Below the pieces are notes generated by a model that searched no databases, had not been told where the DNA came from, and was given only the letters and a program-made list of their open reading frames with translations. 64,000 nucleotides of DNA from Eledone cirrhosa (lineage: Eukaryota): NCBI GenBank assembly GCA_964016885.1, contig OZ024747.1:87978001-88042000 (forward strand). The letters run 5' to 3'. Below are positions 26,372-38,366 of the stretch, piece by piece; within the stretch, counting starts at the first letter, position 1, and each line of letters opens with the position of its first letter. Position numbers and translations under genes: made by a program.

Positions 26372-26590
26372 TTTTAGCTCTTTAGTATTTAAACCAGCCA
26401 TATCTATTCAAACCAGTTATAACCAGCCATATCTGTTCAAACCAGTCATAACCGACCACCCATACTGACATTAATAAATAATAACATCATCAAAATCTTG
26501 TAGATTCCATATTCTGCAAGATAATTATGTGAAATAAAGCCTTTACCATGAAAATATAATAGTAGAGTAATGTAAATGCTAAAGGGTTAA
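26372..26590. mobile_element. TTAA-target (piggyBac-like) MITE variant
   Basis: Ends in TAAATGCTAAAGGGTTAA; the left end is a degenerate CTTTAGTATTTAAACCAGCC. Confidence 0.55.
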
Positions 26591-26955
26591 GGTCAATAAA
26601 TAAAGTACATGCTTCTTAACAGTGTCTACCAAATTTCATTCACAAGGAATTAGTCAACCAGTGTGATTGAACCCAAAACCATGTAGTTGCAGAACAAACT
26701 TCTTAACCACACAGCTATGCCTGCATCTATATATCAATGGTTTTTTCCCTTAAATAACAGACAAGAAAATATCTAAATTAATCTTTTCAACAAATGTAGC
26801 TCCCAAAATATAATTTTCTTTTATTTGGTGCAAAACCAAAGATTTGCTGTGCTGTTGTTGTATGGAATCAATTGAATCAATTCAGCCATCTTACTGAAAA
26901 TTTTCTTATTGATTCCCACAGGCAAATAAACCAAAACTAGAAAAACAATGGGAGG

Positions 26956-27486
26956 CTACATAGAATCCTTTTCTGAATATATGTAAGATATGGCCAATGG
27001 ACTGAATACCCAGTAGTACATCTTAAAAGGGTTAGGTAACATCGATGGAATATTGTTGATATAGAGATAAGGTTGCCTGGAAATATGCTTCTGCTGCTGA
27101 TGATAGTGGTGATGATGGTGGTGGTTATCATGTTGAGGATGATGACTGTGACAATGATGCAATATGGATGATGGTAACAGAATGTTATTCAGATATATAA
27201 TCTTTCTGTCAGTCACCAAGGACAATGAATTATTGAACATTTTGGCCTTACTGCCTCTAAGTACTAGTTTAGATTCAAAATTATCCTTTATAAGTGTGGG
27301 GATAGTGTGCCTGAAGTGCAGGGGAGGTCTTGCTGGAAGTGAAAGGCCAGTGATGTCACATTGGAAGTGCATGCTGTCTTTCGGTCTCTCTTCATCTGTA
27401 AGCTGTACCGAGTGCAGACATGTGTTTTCATGGCTGCTATGAATGAGTATATGAGACTTGTTATATTCTTTGGCTGGATGTATTCA
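26956..27486 (-). other. Stop-free ~176-codon frame in non-repetitive DNA (possible coding exon, His-rich patch)
   Basis: Open from the TGA near 27487 to the TAG at 26956: …HENTCLHSVQLTDEERPKDSMHFQCDITGLSLPARPPLHF…HHHHHHYHQQQ…. No recognisable domain. Confidence 0.25.
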
Positions 27487-28183
27487 GTCCGAAACGTGGA
27501 AACACAGAGTTAGATCCCTTTGCTTCCCATGACAATAAGTTTAGATTTTCAGAAATAAGTACCAATAACATACTATGGGGTAGCCATAGGTGATCAGGAA
27601 GCTAAAGGGGCTGAACATTTGGAGAAAAAGTTGATGGTCTACATTCTATCACTGGAGCAACATAGTGCCAAGAGCAAAGATACCTAGAAAGTAAAAAGCC
27701 AGAACAAATGTTACTAAGCATTTGTCTAATGCACTAATGTTTCTGCCAATCTGCCATGAATGTGATGATGATGACAATGATGTTGCCTTAATTTAATATC
27801 AATACAGGTTACCGTCAACACAAGCTGCCTCCATTTAATGTCACTACAAGTTGATGTCATTTTATACACTAATTACTGACCATAGTAGCCAAGCCTATCA
27901 TAAGCTATATGATTTTATGTGACTTTTGATTTGAAGAAAGTAATAATTGAACTGTTTAAAGAAACACTCTCATTGGATCAGAATCAAAGTGATACAACAT
28001 TGTCAACAACTACTAAACGAAGCAAAATTAAGTTAGTAGTTGTTCAGCCCCAGGTCAGGCCTGATCAAGTAGATATAACTTGCTCAGTAAGTCAGATGGT
28101 GAAGATTATAAATTTGGAAAAGTTTATTTGCTATGGGAAGAAAAGAAAACTGATGTTTTTAGTCTGATCTCTCATCTCATCTC

Positions 28184-28224
<41 letters not shown>

Positions 28225-28634
28225 TTCAGAGCTGAAACATCAGTATTTTTTTTCTCCCAAGTCTTACCCTAATATAATTTAGAAACTTCACTGAATAACA
28301 TTTGTCAAGATAGAAGAAGCTAATTTTTTCCAGAATCTGGTCTTTTACAAATAGTTTAGATAGCTGGCTGAAATGAACAGAGATTAAACATGTAACAAAC
28401 TAGCAATTTCCTGCTTCTGTGAGCAAACACTGCTAAAATGCTCAAACAGTAAACAACCATCCAATCATACTCAGGATATTAATCAGTGTTAAACATTGTC
28501 TAATTGTGTGTTGTAGTGTATCTATCTATGTCAGTTCCAATGATAAGTGTCCCAGTTGTTCAATCAATGGAACAGCCTGCTAATAAAATTGACATGTAAG
28601 TGGCTGAGCATTCCAGAGATCCATGTGCCCTTAA

Positions 28635-29064
28635 CCCTTTAGCATTTATATTATTCTATATTTACTATTGTATTTTCACGGTAAACACTTTATTTCACGT
28701 AGTTATCGAATCTATAAGATTTTGATTATTAACCATCTCGGAGATGAGTTGTTGTTAGGAAGGCAGATTTTAAGTTAAATCTGCCTTCTGATTTAACTTA
28801 TATCTGCCTTCTTAACAACAACTCATCTCCGATCGATCCTTTAGCCCTTTAACATTCACATTACTCTATATATACTATTGTATTTTCATGGTAAATACTT
28901 TATCTTACATAATATCTCACATAATATCGAATCTATGAGATTTTGATATTATTTATTTTGAGAAAATTACCTTAACATCAGTATGAGTGGCCTGTTACAG
29001 CCAGTTTGTACAGAAAAAGGTGAGAGAATTCTGGCCGGATATGGCCAGTTTAAATGCTAAAGGG
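28635..29064. mobile_element. piggyBac-like MITE with partial duplication and foldback insert, in a CORE-SINE tail
   Basis: TTAA (28631-34), TIR CCCTTTAGCATTTA … TAAATGCTAAAGGG, TTAA (29065-68). The 5' part is repeated after a hairpin insert at 28738-28832. Confidence 0.85.
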
Positions 29065-29399
29065 TTAAGACCTTCACAGGGATACTTCCTTGATAATGGG
29101 TTTTTTAACCTGAAAATATTTGGGATGATTAAATTTGCTAAGCTAAGATTCTATTGTTATCTTAGCGCTTTTAATTTTCTAATGCATTGTATGGCTTTTA
29201 AAATTATTTAAATTTATATTTCCTATTCAACAATGCTCCATATATATAGTAGTAATAATAAGTACAAAAACCAAAATCCAGAAAGAACTCAAAAAGGATT
29301 ACATATATATATATATTAGTATATATATACCCATAGTTTCAGAAGATCCCGCTTTAGGGTGTAAGCAGAAATTGTTTGGTTAAACTTTAATGTGCTAAT

Positions 29400-29478
29400 A
29401 ATATATATAAACACATATATATACTATACACTCTCACATACACACACACAAATTCACACACACACACACATATATATA

Positions 29479-29545
<67 letters not shown>

Positions 29546-29576
29546 ATATATGTGTGTGTGTGTGTATATATATATA
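29400..29576. repeat. (CA)n/(TA)n/(TG)n microsatellite
   Basis: Directly visible. Confidence 0.95.
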
Positions 29577-29797
29577 ATTTAGAATATTTTCTGCATATTT
29601 GCTGTAGTGTTTTACAATGGTTTGCAGCACTGCTGCAAACCACAACCTCAATGACAAACCATTAATCAGTGAATGAAAAGATGTCTATGTTGATATTGTT
29701 GATATTGGCAATCTGCTCTGATCAGCAAGTCTCCAAATAAAACAAGTTTATCTTACTCTGTAATTTCAATGTGTATCTTGTAACTGTGAAGAAAGAC

Positions 29798-30240
29798 ATG
29801 CAGCATAGTGGTGAGAGATCTAGACTTACAATCATAAAGGGGAGAGTTTGATTCTAAAGCCAGGCAATACATTGTTCTTTTGTCCTTGAGCAAGGCACTT
29901 TATTTCACGTTGCCCCAGTCCACTCAGCTGTAAAAGTGGTTAGGTTCTTAGGTTGATGATCATATGGTTCTGAGTTCAATTCCCAGGCCAGACAGCACAT
30001 TGTATCTTTAAGCAAAACTTTATTTCACATGCCCTAGTTAGCTCAGCTGGAAAAGTTGTTAGGGTGTTGGGCTCATGATAAAAAGGCCATAAGTCTGATT
30101 CCCAGACTAGGCAGAATGTTGTATCCTTGAGCAAGTCACTTTATTTCTCATTACTTCAGTCCACTCAGCTAGAAAAAAATCAACAAATATCAGATGCTGG
30201 GGTTAACCCTGCAATAGATTAGCATCTTGTACAGGAGGAG
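29798..30240 (+). mobile_element. Three tandem tRNA-head+CORE SINE units followed by one tail
   Basis: Units start at about 29798, 29935 and 30055. Each has GTGGTTAGG-like box A, GAGTTYRATTC-like box B and TCCTTGAGCAAG…CTCAGCT. Confidence 0.75.
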
Positions 30241-30584
30241 GGGAGTTGTTCACCTGCAACAACACTAGTGCTAAGCTGTATTTGTGCTTGTCTTTCCCTT
30301 AGACAATTTTGGTGGCATGGAGGGTGGAGATTCACATACATGGGCAACAGCTGGTCTTCCACAAAACTCCTTGTCAAGGAATGTAAATTGGAGAGGAAAT
30401 TTCCAGGTACAAAACCATAGTCAGTCATGACAGAAGAGGGTGTTAAAAGAACAACAAATCACCAAATCAAACAAGTTTATCTATTTTAGGATTAGAATGT
30501 ATATTCCAGAACTGAATAAATGGATTTAGACATGTAATGTAATATGTACCTTCTCTAATACATTTTATAAAGTGGTAGAACTGG

Positions 30585-31016
30585 AGTCATGATAAAATGC
30601 ATCTAGTATACCCTGTAAAGTTGTAGAGCTGATGAAATGATAAAATGCACCCAATATACCCTATAAAGTTGTAGTATACTCTGTAAAGTAGCTGTGTTGG
30701 TACTACAATAAAATGCATTCAGTAGTGATAGTCCTGGTGCCATGATAAAATGCACCCAGTACACTTTGTAAAGTGCTGGGGCGGGGCTGGGTACCCAGTA
30801 TTCTGCAAAGTGGTAGTGCTGGTTCCACAATAAAATGCACCTAGTACTCTCTACAAAGTGGTTGTCATAAGAAAGGACATCTAACCCTAGAAAGAATATC
30901 AGAATATGGAATGTATGAGCAAGATGGGGTTTCTCTTACCCATCTAGTCATGGATTGTGACAACTTGTCCAACCCATGCCAGCATGGAAAGTGGACATAA
31001 ATATGATGATGATGAT
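30585..31016 (+). mobile_element. RTE-tailed SINE-like repeat with expanded ~40-bp tandem unit
   Basis: Repeated ATAAAATGCACCCAGTAYACTCTGTAAAGTKGT units, then AAGAAAGGACATCTAACC…AACCCATGCCAGCATGGAAAGTGGAC…(ATG)n. Confidence 0.75.
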
Positions 31017-32739
31017 AATTTCTGTCTTTCTCCATGCTGTCTCCGGTTTATAATAGGTACATTGTATCCCTGCATGTTTTAAGAGGTGACTAAAAGTGTT
31101 GCTACCATAAATGGTATAAAATATCACTTAAAAAAGGACCCTATGATGTGCATAATGCCTTTCATAGGGGTTTGCAAAGCTAACTCTTGTATTTTCAAGG
31201 AAAAAATAGTCTTTAAATACTTGCTAAACTCTCTCACTGTCTTTTTCTTTCACCCCTCTTTCACTTTTTATAAATTATACTGAAATATTTATTATTAATA
31301 GACAATTTGGAGGTCAACTGTTAATGTTGCTGCAAAATAGAAGTAAATATAAATAGTTAGGTATTTAAATTGCAAGAATCGTTATAGTTGGAAATGTTAG
31401 TGACGACAAATTCTGGTTAAATACCTATAATTGTTTTGTGCTGCAGGAAGGGTTGAAGAAAAACAGACTTGCTGTGTTGTTTTCATGGATAATTGCCAAC
31501 ATTTGTTCAACTCCAAAATACATTAGTTACCGACTTGTGAACATACAGCTTCAAAGAGTTTAAGTTCAATTGTTAAAATATTCTCTTCATTAGAAATTTA
31601 CAAGTTACAACTTTTCCCTCGAGGCAGGTTATTGAACTATAAAATAGCCACTTTATGTTCAAATATCAAGAATATCACTTGTTTGTGTTGTAACTTGATA
31701 TTTGCATTATTGCTACTGGTATTGAGTTTGTTTTATTTTTTTTTTATAAGTAATGAATTGGTAGAGTCATTAAAATGTTGGATTAACTTTTTTCAGACCT
31801 GCCAACCTCTAAAAACCCAAACGGGAAGTCCCATGAAAAAAAGTGCCCCAAAATGGGGAGAAATGACCCTGGTTCTACAATAAAAAGTGTTTATATTTAT
31901 CTAAAAACTTATCATAATTCTATGCAAGAACCTTTGTAAGTTATGCTCCAAATAGTGATTTTTTTATTATTTTCAAAATTATTTCCAAATCATGAACATC
32001 ATCTTTCATTAGAAATATGGTGACAAAAGAGTTGAATGCTTAGTATTTGTTCTGGTTCTCTATGCTCTTAGTTCAAATCCTGCTGAAGTCAACTTTACCT
32101 TTTATCCTTTCAGGATCAATAAATATAGTTTCAGTCCAGAAGCAGTGAATTGGTGGAATTGTAAGTGTAAAATGGAATGCTTTGTGGTATCAATTCCCAA
32201 TAACAATAACACCAAGTGATTATACAATCGCAGAAAGGTTAGTTTGTATATTGATATATTAACACTTTTGATACCAAACCACCTGGAATCACTCCTCGTT
32301 CTATGATACAAATCTGATTATCTAAGAAGCCTTTCATTATGATTTATGTAAGGACCTTTTTAAAGTTATATTTTATGAACCAACTTAATAATGAGTAAGT
32401 GAAATATGTTATTACATCTTTCCAAATTTTTCATTATTCTTAAAATTAATTGAAAATCATAGGCAATATCTTTCATTAAGAATATGGTAGTATTAAGAGT
32501 TTATGAAATATTGAAATTAATGGAATAATATGTCCAAGTGATAAAAGACATTACCATAATTACTGTTTTTAATTAGAATCAGATGTTAGGGTTACTGACA
32601 TATGTTAGGGTTACTGACATAAAAAAAAATTTGAAGATAAGAATCTGAAATATATTTATATGATTATTGTATTTCAACTCATTCAGTAACTGGGTTGCTT
32701 GTATATAATTATACCTAAGTATTTTATATATATGTATAA

Positions 32740-33018
32740 AGCACCCAGTCCTCCCTGTAAAGTGGTAGTGTTGCTGCCACAACAAAAAGCACACCGTTCA
32801 CCCTGTAAGGTGATAGTGCTAGTGCCATAAAAATGCTCCCAGTACGCACTGTAAAGAAGTTGGGATTAGGAAAGGCATCCAGGTGAAGAAAACAAGCCAA
32901 AACTGAAACATATGAGTAAGATGTGATCTCCTGATCTGTATAGTCTCAGAATGTGACAACCTGACTAACCCATGCAAGTAAGGAAAATAGATGTTAAACA
33001 ATGTTGATGAGGATGATA
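32740..33018 (+). mobile_element. RTE-tailed SINE-like repeat
   Basis: Same tandem unit, GGATTAGGAAAGGCATCCAGG motif and AACCCATGCAAG tail. Confidence 0.7.
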
Positions 33019-34093
33019 TAGATGCACATACATGAATATATATTTATATTCATATAGTATAACAACCATTCCCAAAGTAAAATAAAAGAATAACTAGAGA
33101 ATATGTGGACTATGTATGCAGGCAACCGATCTAAGAAAGCAATAACTCTGAATAAAAACTGACATAGAGTAGGGGACTCTTTAGACCTATTGTATGCAGC
33201 TTTTCTAGTGCCAGTACACAAAAAAGGCATCACATGTTGAGTCTGATTGTCCCTAGAGAGGACCAAATAATGGCTCCTTCTGATGAGATTTGACAGTGAA
33301 AATATGGTTGATTTTCACCATGGGGAATTTTTAATTAGGAATGTCATTTCCATTGGTGGGTTGTTATTTTTTAGAACAATATCATTATTGATTTCAGGTA
33401 GAGATGCAGCTTGCTCCTTATCAATGAGTTTCATTTTCTCATTGTACAGCTGCTGTAGGTGTTTCTATGCAAATATATTACTTATATAACCCCCTACTAG
33501 ATAGTTGTGTTATTAATTTTTTTTCTTGATTGTTTATTATTTCTTTTGATATATGGATTTATATATAAGCGCATTACTTATCTAACATACAGATTATTGT
33601 AAGCTTACACTTCCTCATTAAAAGTCTTATTTTATACAATACCTCTAATGTTGTTTTCTTCTAAAAGAAAAATAATGTAACAAATGAAAACAATACTAAA
33701 ATTAAAATATCAATTATATTTTCACTTTCATCACTATTTCATAGCTCTGTGTATCTTGTTTAGAATATATATATATACCATGTCTTTGTATGTTGTAAGA
33801 GGCAACTAGATGGGTTAGCACCAGACCGTAAAACATTGCCTCAAAAATATTTTTTTTAGTATGTCATAAGGCTCTCAAAGCTAATTCTTGCTTTTTGAGG
33901 GGAAATGGCCTTAAAACATTGCTATTGTTTCAGGAATGTTTCACAAATAATTTGGCCATTAGATCAACCCAAACAGCTATCATTAACCATTTCCCCCACA
34001 TATTTATGATGAAACACATTGCTTATGATTTTTAAATAATTGGAAAATTAAGGGGGTTTATTAATATAACTAACTACCTCATTATTAAATTTG

Positions 34094-34337
34094 TATTTGG
34101 AACATAACTTAACAAAGGTACTTGCATAAATTTATGATGGAAGGTTTTAGATAATATATAAATATTTTAAAATATAGTTTTATATCATGGAACCAGAGAA
34201 GGTTTTAGGTGGTTTTTGGTATCTAAAACCTTCTCTGGTTCCATGATATAAAACTATATTTTAAAATATTTATATATTATCTAAAACCTTCCATCATAAA
34301 TTTATGTAAGTACCTTTGTTAAATTATGTTCCAAATA
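34094..34337. repeat. Near-perfect palindrome (115-bp arms, 14-nt loop) inside a second TTAA-MITE family copy
   Basis: Arms 34094-34208 and 34223-34337, two mismatches seen. Arm sequence resembles MITE fragments at ~32.3, 35.0, 39.9 and 40.3 kb. Confidence 0.95.
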
Positions 34338-34587
34338 GTGATAAGTTTGTAGCAAACTGAATTTGCAACACAACTGTTTTCTAGTTGAACCTATTCTTTT
34401 AATGCTTTTGGGAAGGACACAAACATATCTTCAATTTCCTTCCCCCACTTAATGTCTATATAACTGTTGAGATGATATTGCTTAGCCCTAAGTCAGGTCT
34501 GAGTGAGAAAACCTTTAATTAAAAGCATTCTGTTTTTTTAGCATTTCTCCACCCACCCCATTTTCAAAATGGTAGACTGTAATTTAA

Positions 34588-34807
34588 CCCTTTTGCATTT
34601 ACACTACTCTATATTTACCATTATATTTTCATGGTAAAGGCTTTACCTCACATAATTATCTCACACAATATCGAATCTATGAGATTTTTATATTATTTAT
34701 TTTGAGAACAATACCTTAACATAAGTATGACCAGACAGTTACAGCCAGTTTGAAAGAACGAAGTGAGAGAATTCTGGCTGGATATGGCTGGTTTAAATGC
34801 TAAAGGG
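34588..34807. mobile_element. piggyBac-like MITE, complete (220 bp)
   Basis: TTAA TSDs at 34584-87 and 34808-11; TIRs CCCTTTTGCATTTA / TAAATGCTAAAGGG. Confidence 0.9.
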
Positions 34808-36737
34808 TTAAATATCAAAATATTAAAACTTTGTAAATATTTTTTCCTCTCATGAGAATTTCAAAACAATGTGTTGATGAACTGCCTTGGCTTATAAACA
34901 GGGGTTTGAATTTTTGTCCATTTCTCAGACATAAAATAGGATGGGTGGGGTTGGCTTATATTTGATTCAGCTTATATTTGAATATATATGGTCATTATTT
35001 TGAAAATAATAAAGGATGTGAAGGAATTTAGTAATATGACAAATGTCCTCATTATTAAGGTTTTTACATAAAATTATTATGGGAGATTTTTAGATAAAAT
35101 TATTATGGGAGATTTTTAGATAAGTGTATCATAAAACCAAGAGCAGTTAAGGAAGTTGGGGTGGGGTGCTAAGCTCTCCATCCAATTCTTTACTCTGAGC
35201 ACCTCATATACCTGAAGCTTCCTCCAGTCATCTATGTTTCTAATAACTAGGATACTACATCATTTATTCCATTGAGATATGGCAATCAGCTGTAAGGTAT
35301 ATTTATGTTTTGGCATTTTCCCCATCTTAATATTAATATTATAATATTCTTAGTGCTTAAACATTCATTGTTTTTCTTTCTCATTGTAATTATTGTTATG
35401 TTTGGACTTAATGAATATTCTAATGAAGTGTAATTCCAATTTCAACCAACCATGCAGCAGTATATTCTTTTCTAGTTATTCTATTATTTCATCAATAATT
35501 ATTGAACAATTGCAATGACTACCAAATCTTCTGTCAGTTTCTAGTTAATTCAACACCGAGTGCCTATTGTTTTGTTCCTGTGTATGTCACCACGAAAGTC
35601 ATGCTGCTCCCATGGCACAACAGATGTACAAACATCTAATATACACAAGGCATACTTCACCACTTACCATAAGACCCACATTATCATCATCGTTTTTACA
35701 TCAATTTTTCCCTGCTGGCATGGAGTTGGATGAGACCTTTTGAGGCAATGTTTTACAGCCAGATGCCCTTCCTAACATGAACCCTTTTAGTAACTTCTTA
35801 TGACAGGCAGGTAGACTGTGTACCTATTCTAAAGTGGATGAACGTCCACGATAATAACTCTACCATAAATATTTCTTAATGGTAAATCGACTTTCCCCCT
35901 CCTCCTAAATTGCTGGCCTTGTTCCTATTGTAGAAATCATTATTCTAAACAAAGAACTAGGTAAATGGGATTAGTAGGGTTTGACATTCTATCCAGTGAA
36001 TGAACATGGATGCGAACTTCTAATACTTCAGTCAACAGGCTAACTCCCTAACTATGTTAGTCTTTACTGTTCCATCAACATAAACGAGTTCAAAGGAACT
36101 TTCATAGTTCAGTGTACTTTCAGTGTACTTTCATACTTCAGTGTACTTTCATGTGAAGGAATTTTACTATGCAAAACCCTCCTCCACCACCAACTGAGCA
36201 AACTGGAGTAATGTGAAATAAAGTGTCTTGCTCAAGGACACATGTTACATGGTCTAGTAACCAAACTCATAATCTTACAATCATGATCACTAGGCTATGC
36301 ACATTTACTACTATAACCACTATAACTGTAAGGACTCCAAATACAATCGCTAACACCACCATCACTATTAACATCACTATCACAGCTCCAACTAATAACA
36401 TCATTATTTTTACTAGTCTGTGGGTATTTCAAGCCATAAACAAACCAGCATTATAATCAATAATGATTAAAAAACTGACCATTCTCGTGTTTAAAATAGT
36501 ATAGATTTTTTAATAAAGCTTTTTGATGTTTTTGGCAACCAAGTCAGTATTTTTTGTTTTTGTTTTTGTTAGATCTAACAGAAGAGATTATTTCATTCTA
36601 ATGAAGGATACCATACTAATGTTAATCAATGGTAGTTTTACAAGGCACAAAGCCTTTCACTAATCTGTTCTTTGTATCAATATCAGACTTATCACAACAA
36701 CACTTGATCTCTAGAATCTTATGATATATCTTTTGAT

Positions 36738-36789
<52 letters not shown>

Positions 36790-37131
36790 TTGAAGAACTA
36801 TTGTAACGCGAACTGGCGCGAAATTTATTATAATTATTGACAAACCAATCAAATTACTTCTCGAAAAACCTGGCATTTCGAGCCACTTTTTCCATATAAA
36901 ACAAGTAACATTCAGAGACCAACCAGATGTGAGAAAAACCACAGACCCTCCATCTCAACTCACCTTTTGAAAAGCAGAAGAACTGCGAAACCGGTAAAGG
37001 AACCAAATAAATATATATATTTAAAAAAAAAATAAGACTCCAATTGCATTTTCGATTTCATCTCTTTTTCTTTATACTTTCACTCGTGTAGGACACCTCG
37101 GTTATTTTTCATTTTGTAAAAAAAACCTCAA

Positions 37132-37136
<5 letters not shown>
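36790..37136 (+). mobile_element. PLE 3'/pseudo-LTR fragment between (TA)n tracts
   Basis: Carries the hammerhead at 36963-37000 followed by AATAAA; homologous to 57779-57900. Confidence 0.65.
36963..37000 (+). ncRNA. Minimal type I hammerhead ribozyme, U3-A8 core variant
   Basis: CCTT (stem I) TTGAAAA (core) GCAG-AAGAA-CTGC (stem II) GAAA-CCGG-TA (palindromic stem III, GUA site) AAGG (stem I). Confidence 0.7.
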
Positions 37137-37171
<35 letters not shown>

Positions 37172-37176
<5 letters not shown>

Positions 37177-37612
37177 GGTGTTAAAGTTTGCTTGAAGCAT
37201 TGTGAAATGTGTAAAATACGTATTTAAGAAAGCCACAACAATGCAGAGGGAAATCTCGAGGTAGGAAGTGAAAGATAGATAGGAAAAACAGGTGAAAGTG
37301 AAAATTGAGAGAGACAAAGATGAAAACAAAACAAAGGTAGAAGGGTTACCGTAGTAGAGATTTAATCCCAATATTTCGGGCTCACGCCCATCAACGGGGG
37401 AAAGTTCCAAAAGGGGGGGAACAGGCCAAGCGGAGAAAGATGGGCGTGAGCCCGAAATATTGGGATTAAATCTCTACTACGGTAACCCTTCTACCTTTGT
37501 TTTGTTTTCATCTTTGTCTCTCTCAATTTTCACTTTCACCTGTTTTCCCTATCTATCTTTCACTTCCTACCTCGAGATTTCCCTCTGCATTGTTGTGGCT
37601 TTCTTAAATACG

Positions 37613-37619
<7 letters not shown>
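37172..37619 (-). mobile_element. Young PLE-like pseudo-LTR with inverted partial copy (181-bp arms)
   Basis: Arms 37212-37392 and 37439-37619 with one mismatch, flanked by (TA)n on both sides. Hammerhead-like motif CCC-CCGTTGA-T-GGGC-GTGA-GCCC-GAAA-TA-TT-GGG on minus at 37367-37400. Confidence 0.7.
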
Positions 37620-37692
<73 letters not shown>

Positions 37693-37942
37693 TTTCTGAA
37701 TTTGTTTAGCAAGATTCTTTATCTGAAAACGTGTGTTGAAACCGATATCCTAAATGACCCTCCCAAAGTATAACAATATATATATATATATATTATTTTT
37801 GATATAGAAATGGCTTCTATTACCGGACTAGAACTGTTTCATTTGAAACCATTTGTATATTAAATGTTGTATGTACTCTACTATGTTACTCTATGTATTG
37901 AGTACCTTACTTTCTGTGGTTACCACCGATTGAACCCAGGAT

Positions 37943-37977
<35 letters not shown>

Positions 37978-37999
37978 GGGTAGGCAGTATATATATATT

Positions 38000-38178
38000 A
38001 CAGTGCATATTGTAAATGCGGTTGGTATTAAGAAGGGCATCCAGCTGTAGAGGCTAAGCCAGAAACTGTTGTGTATGAGCAAGACATGGTCAACTGATCT
38101 GACTTGTCTCAAATGGGACAACTTGTCTAACCCATGCTAGCATGGAAAAATGGATGTTAAACAGTGATGATGATGATA
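38000..38178 (+). mobile_element. RTE-tailed SINE-like repeat
   Basis: GGTTGGTATTAAGAAGGGCATCCAGCTGTAG…AACCCATGCTAGCATGGAAAAATGGATGTTAAAC…(ATG)n. Confidence 0.75.
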
Positions 38179-38321
38179 TATATAGGATAGGGAATATACT
38201 TTCCTTCTCATTGCTTGACATGATTAAAAATGGAATGCACATGCAGAGACATATATATACACACACACACACACACATATATATATGTATATATATGTAT
38301 GTATATATATATGTATGTATA

Positions 38322-38366
<45 letters not shown>

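Noticed and set aside
33276-33310. CTGATGA…GAAA spacing like a hammerhead
   Set aside because: No stem II or stem I pairing.
37720-37750. CTGAAAAC-GTGT-GTTGAAACCGATA hammerhead-like string
   Set aside because: C3/A8 mismatch and no convincing stem I; too degenerate to call.
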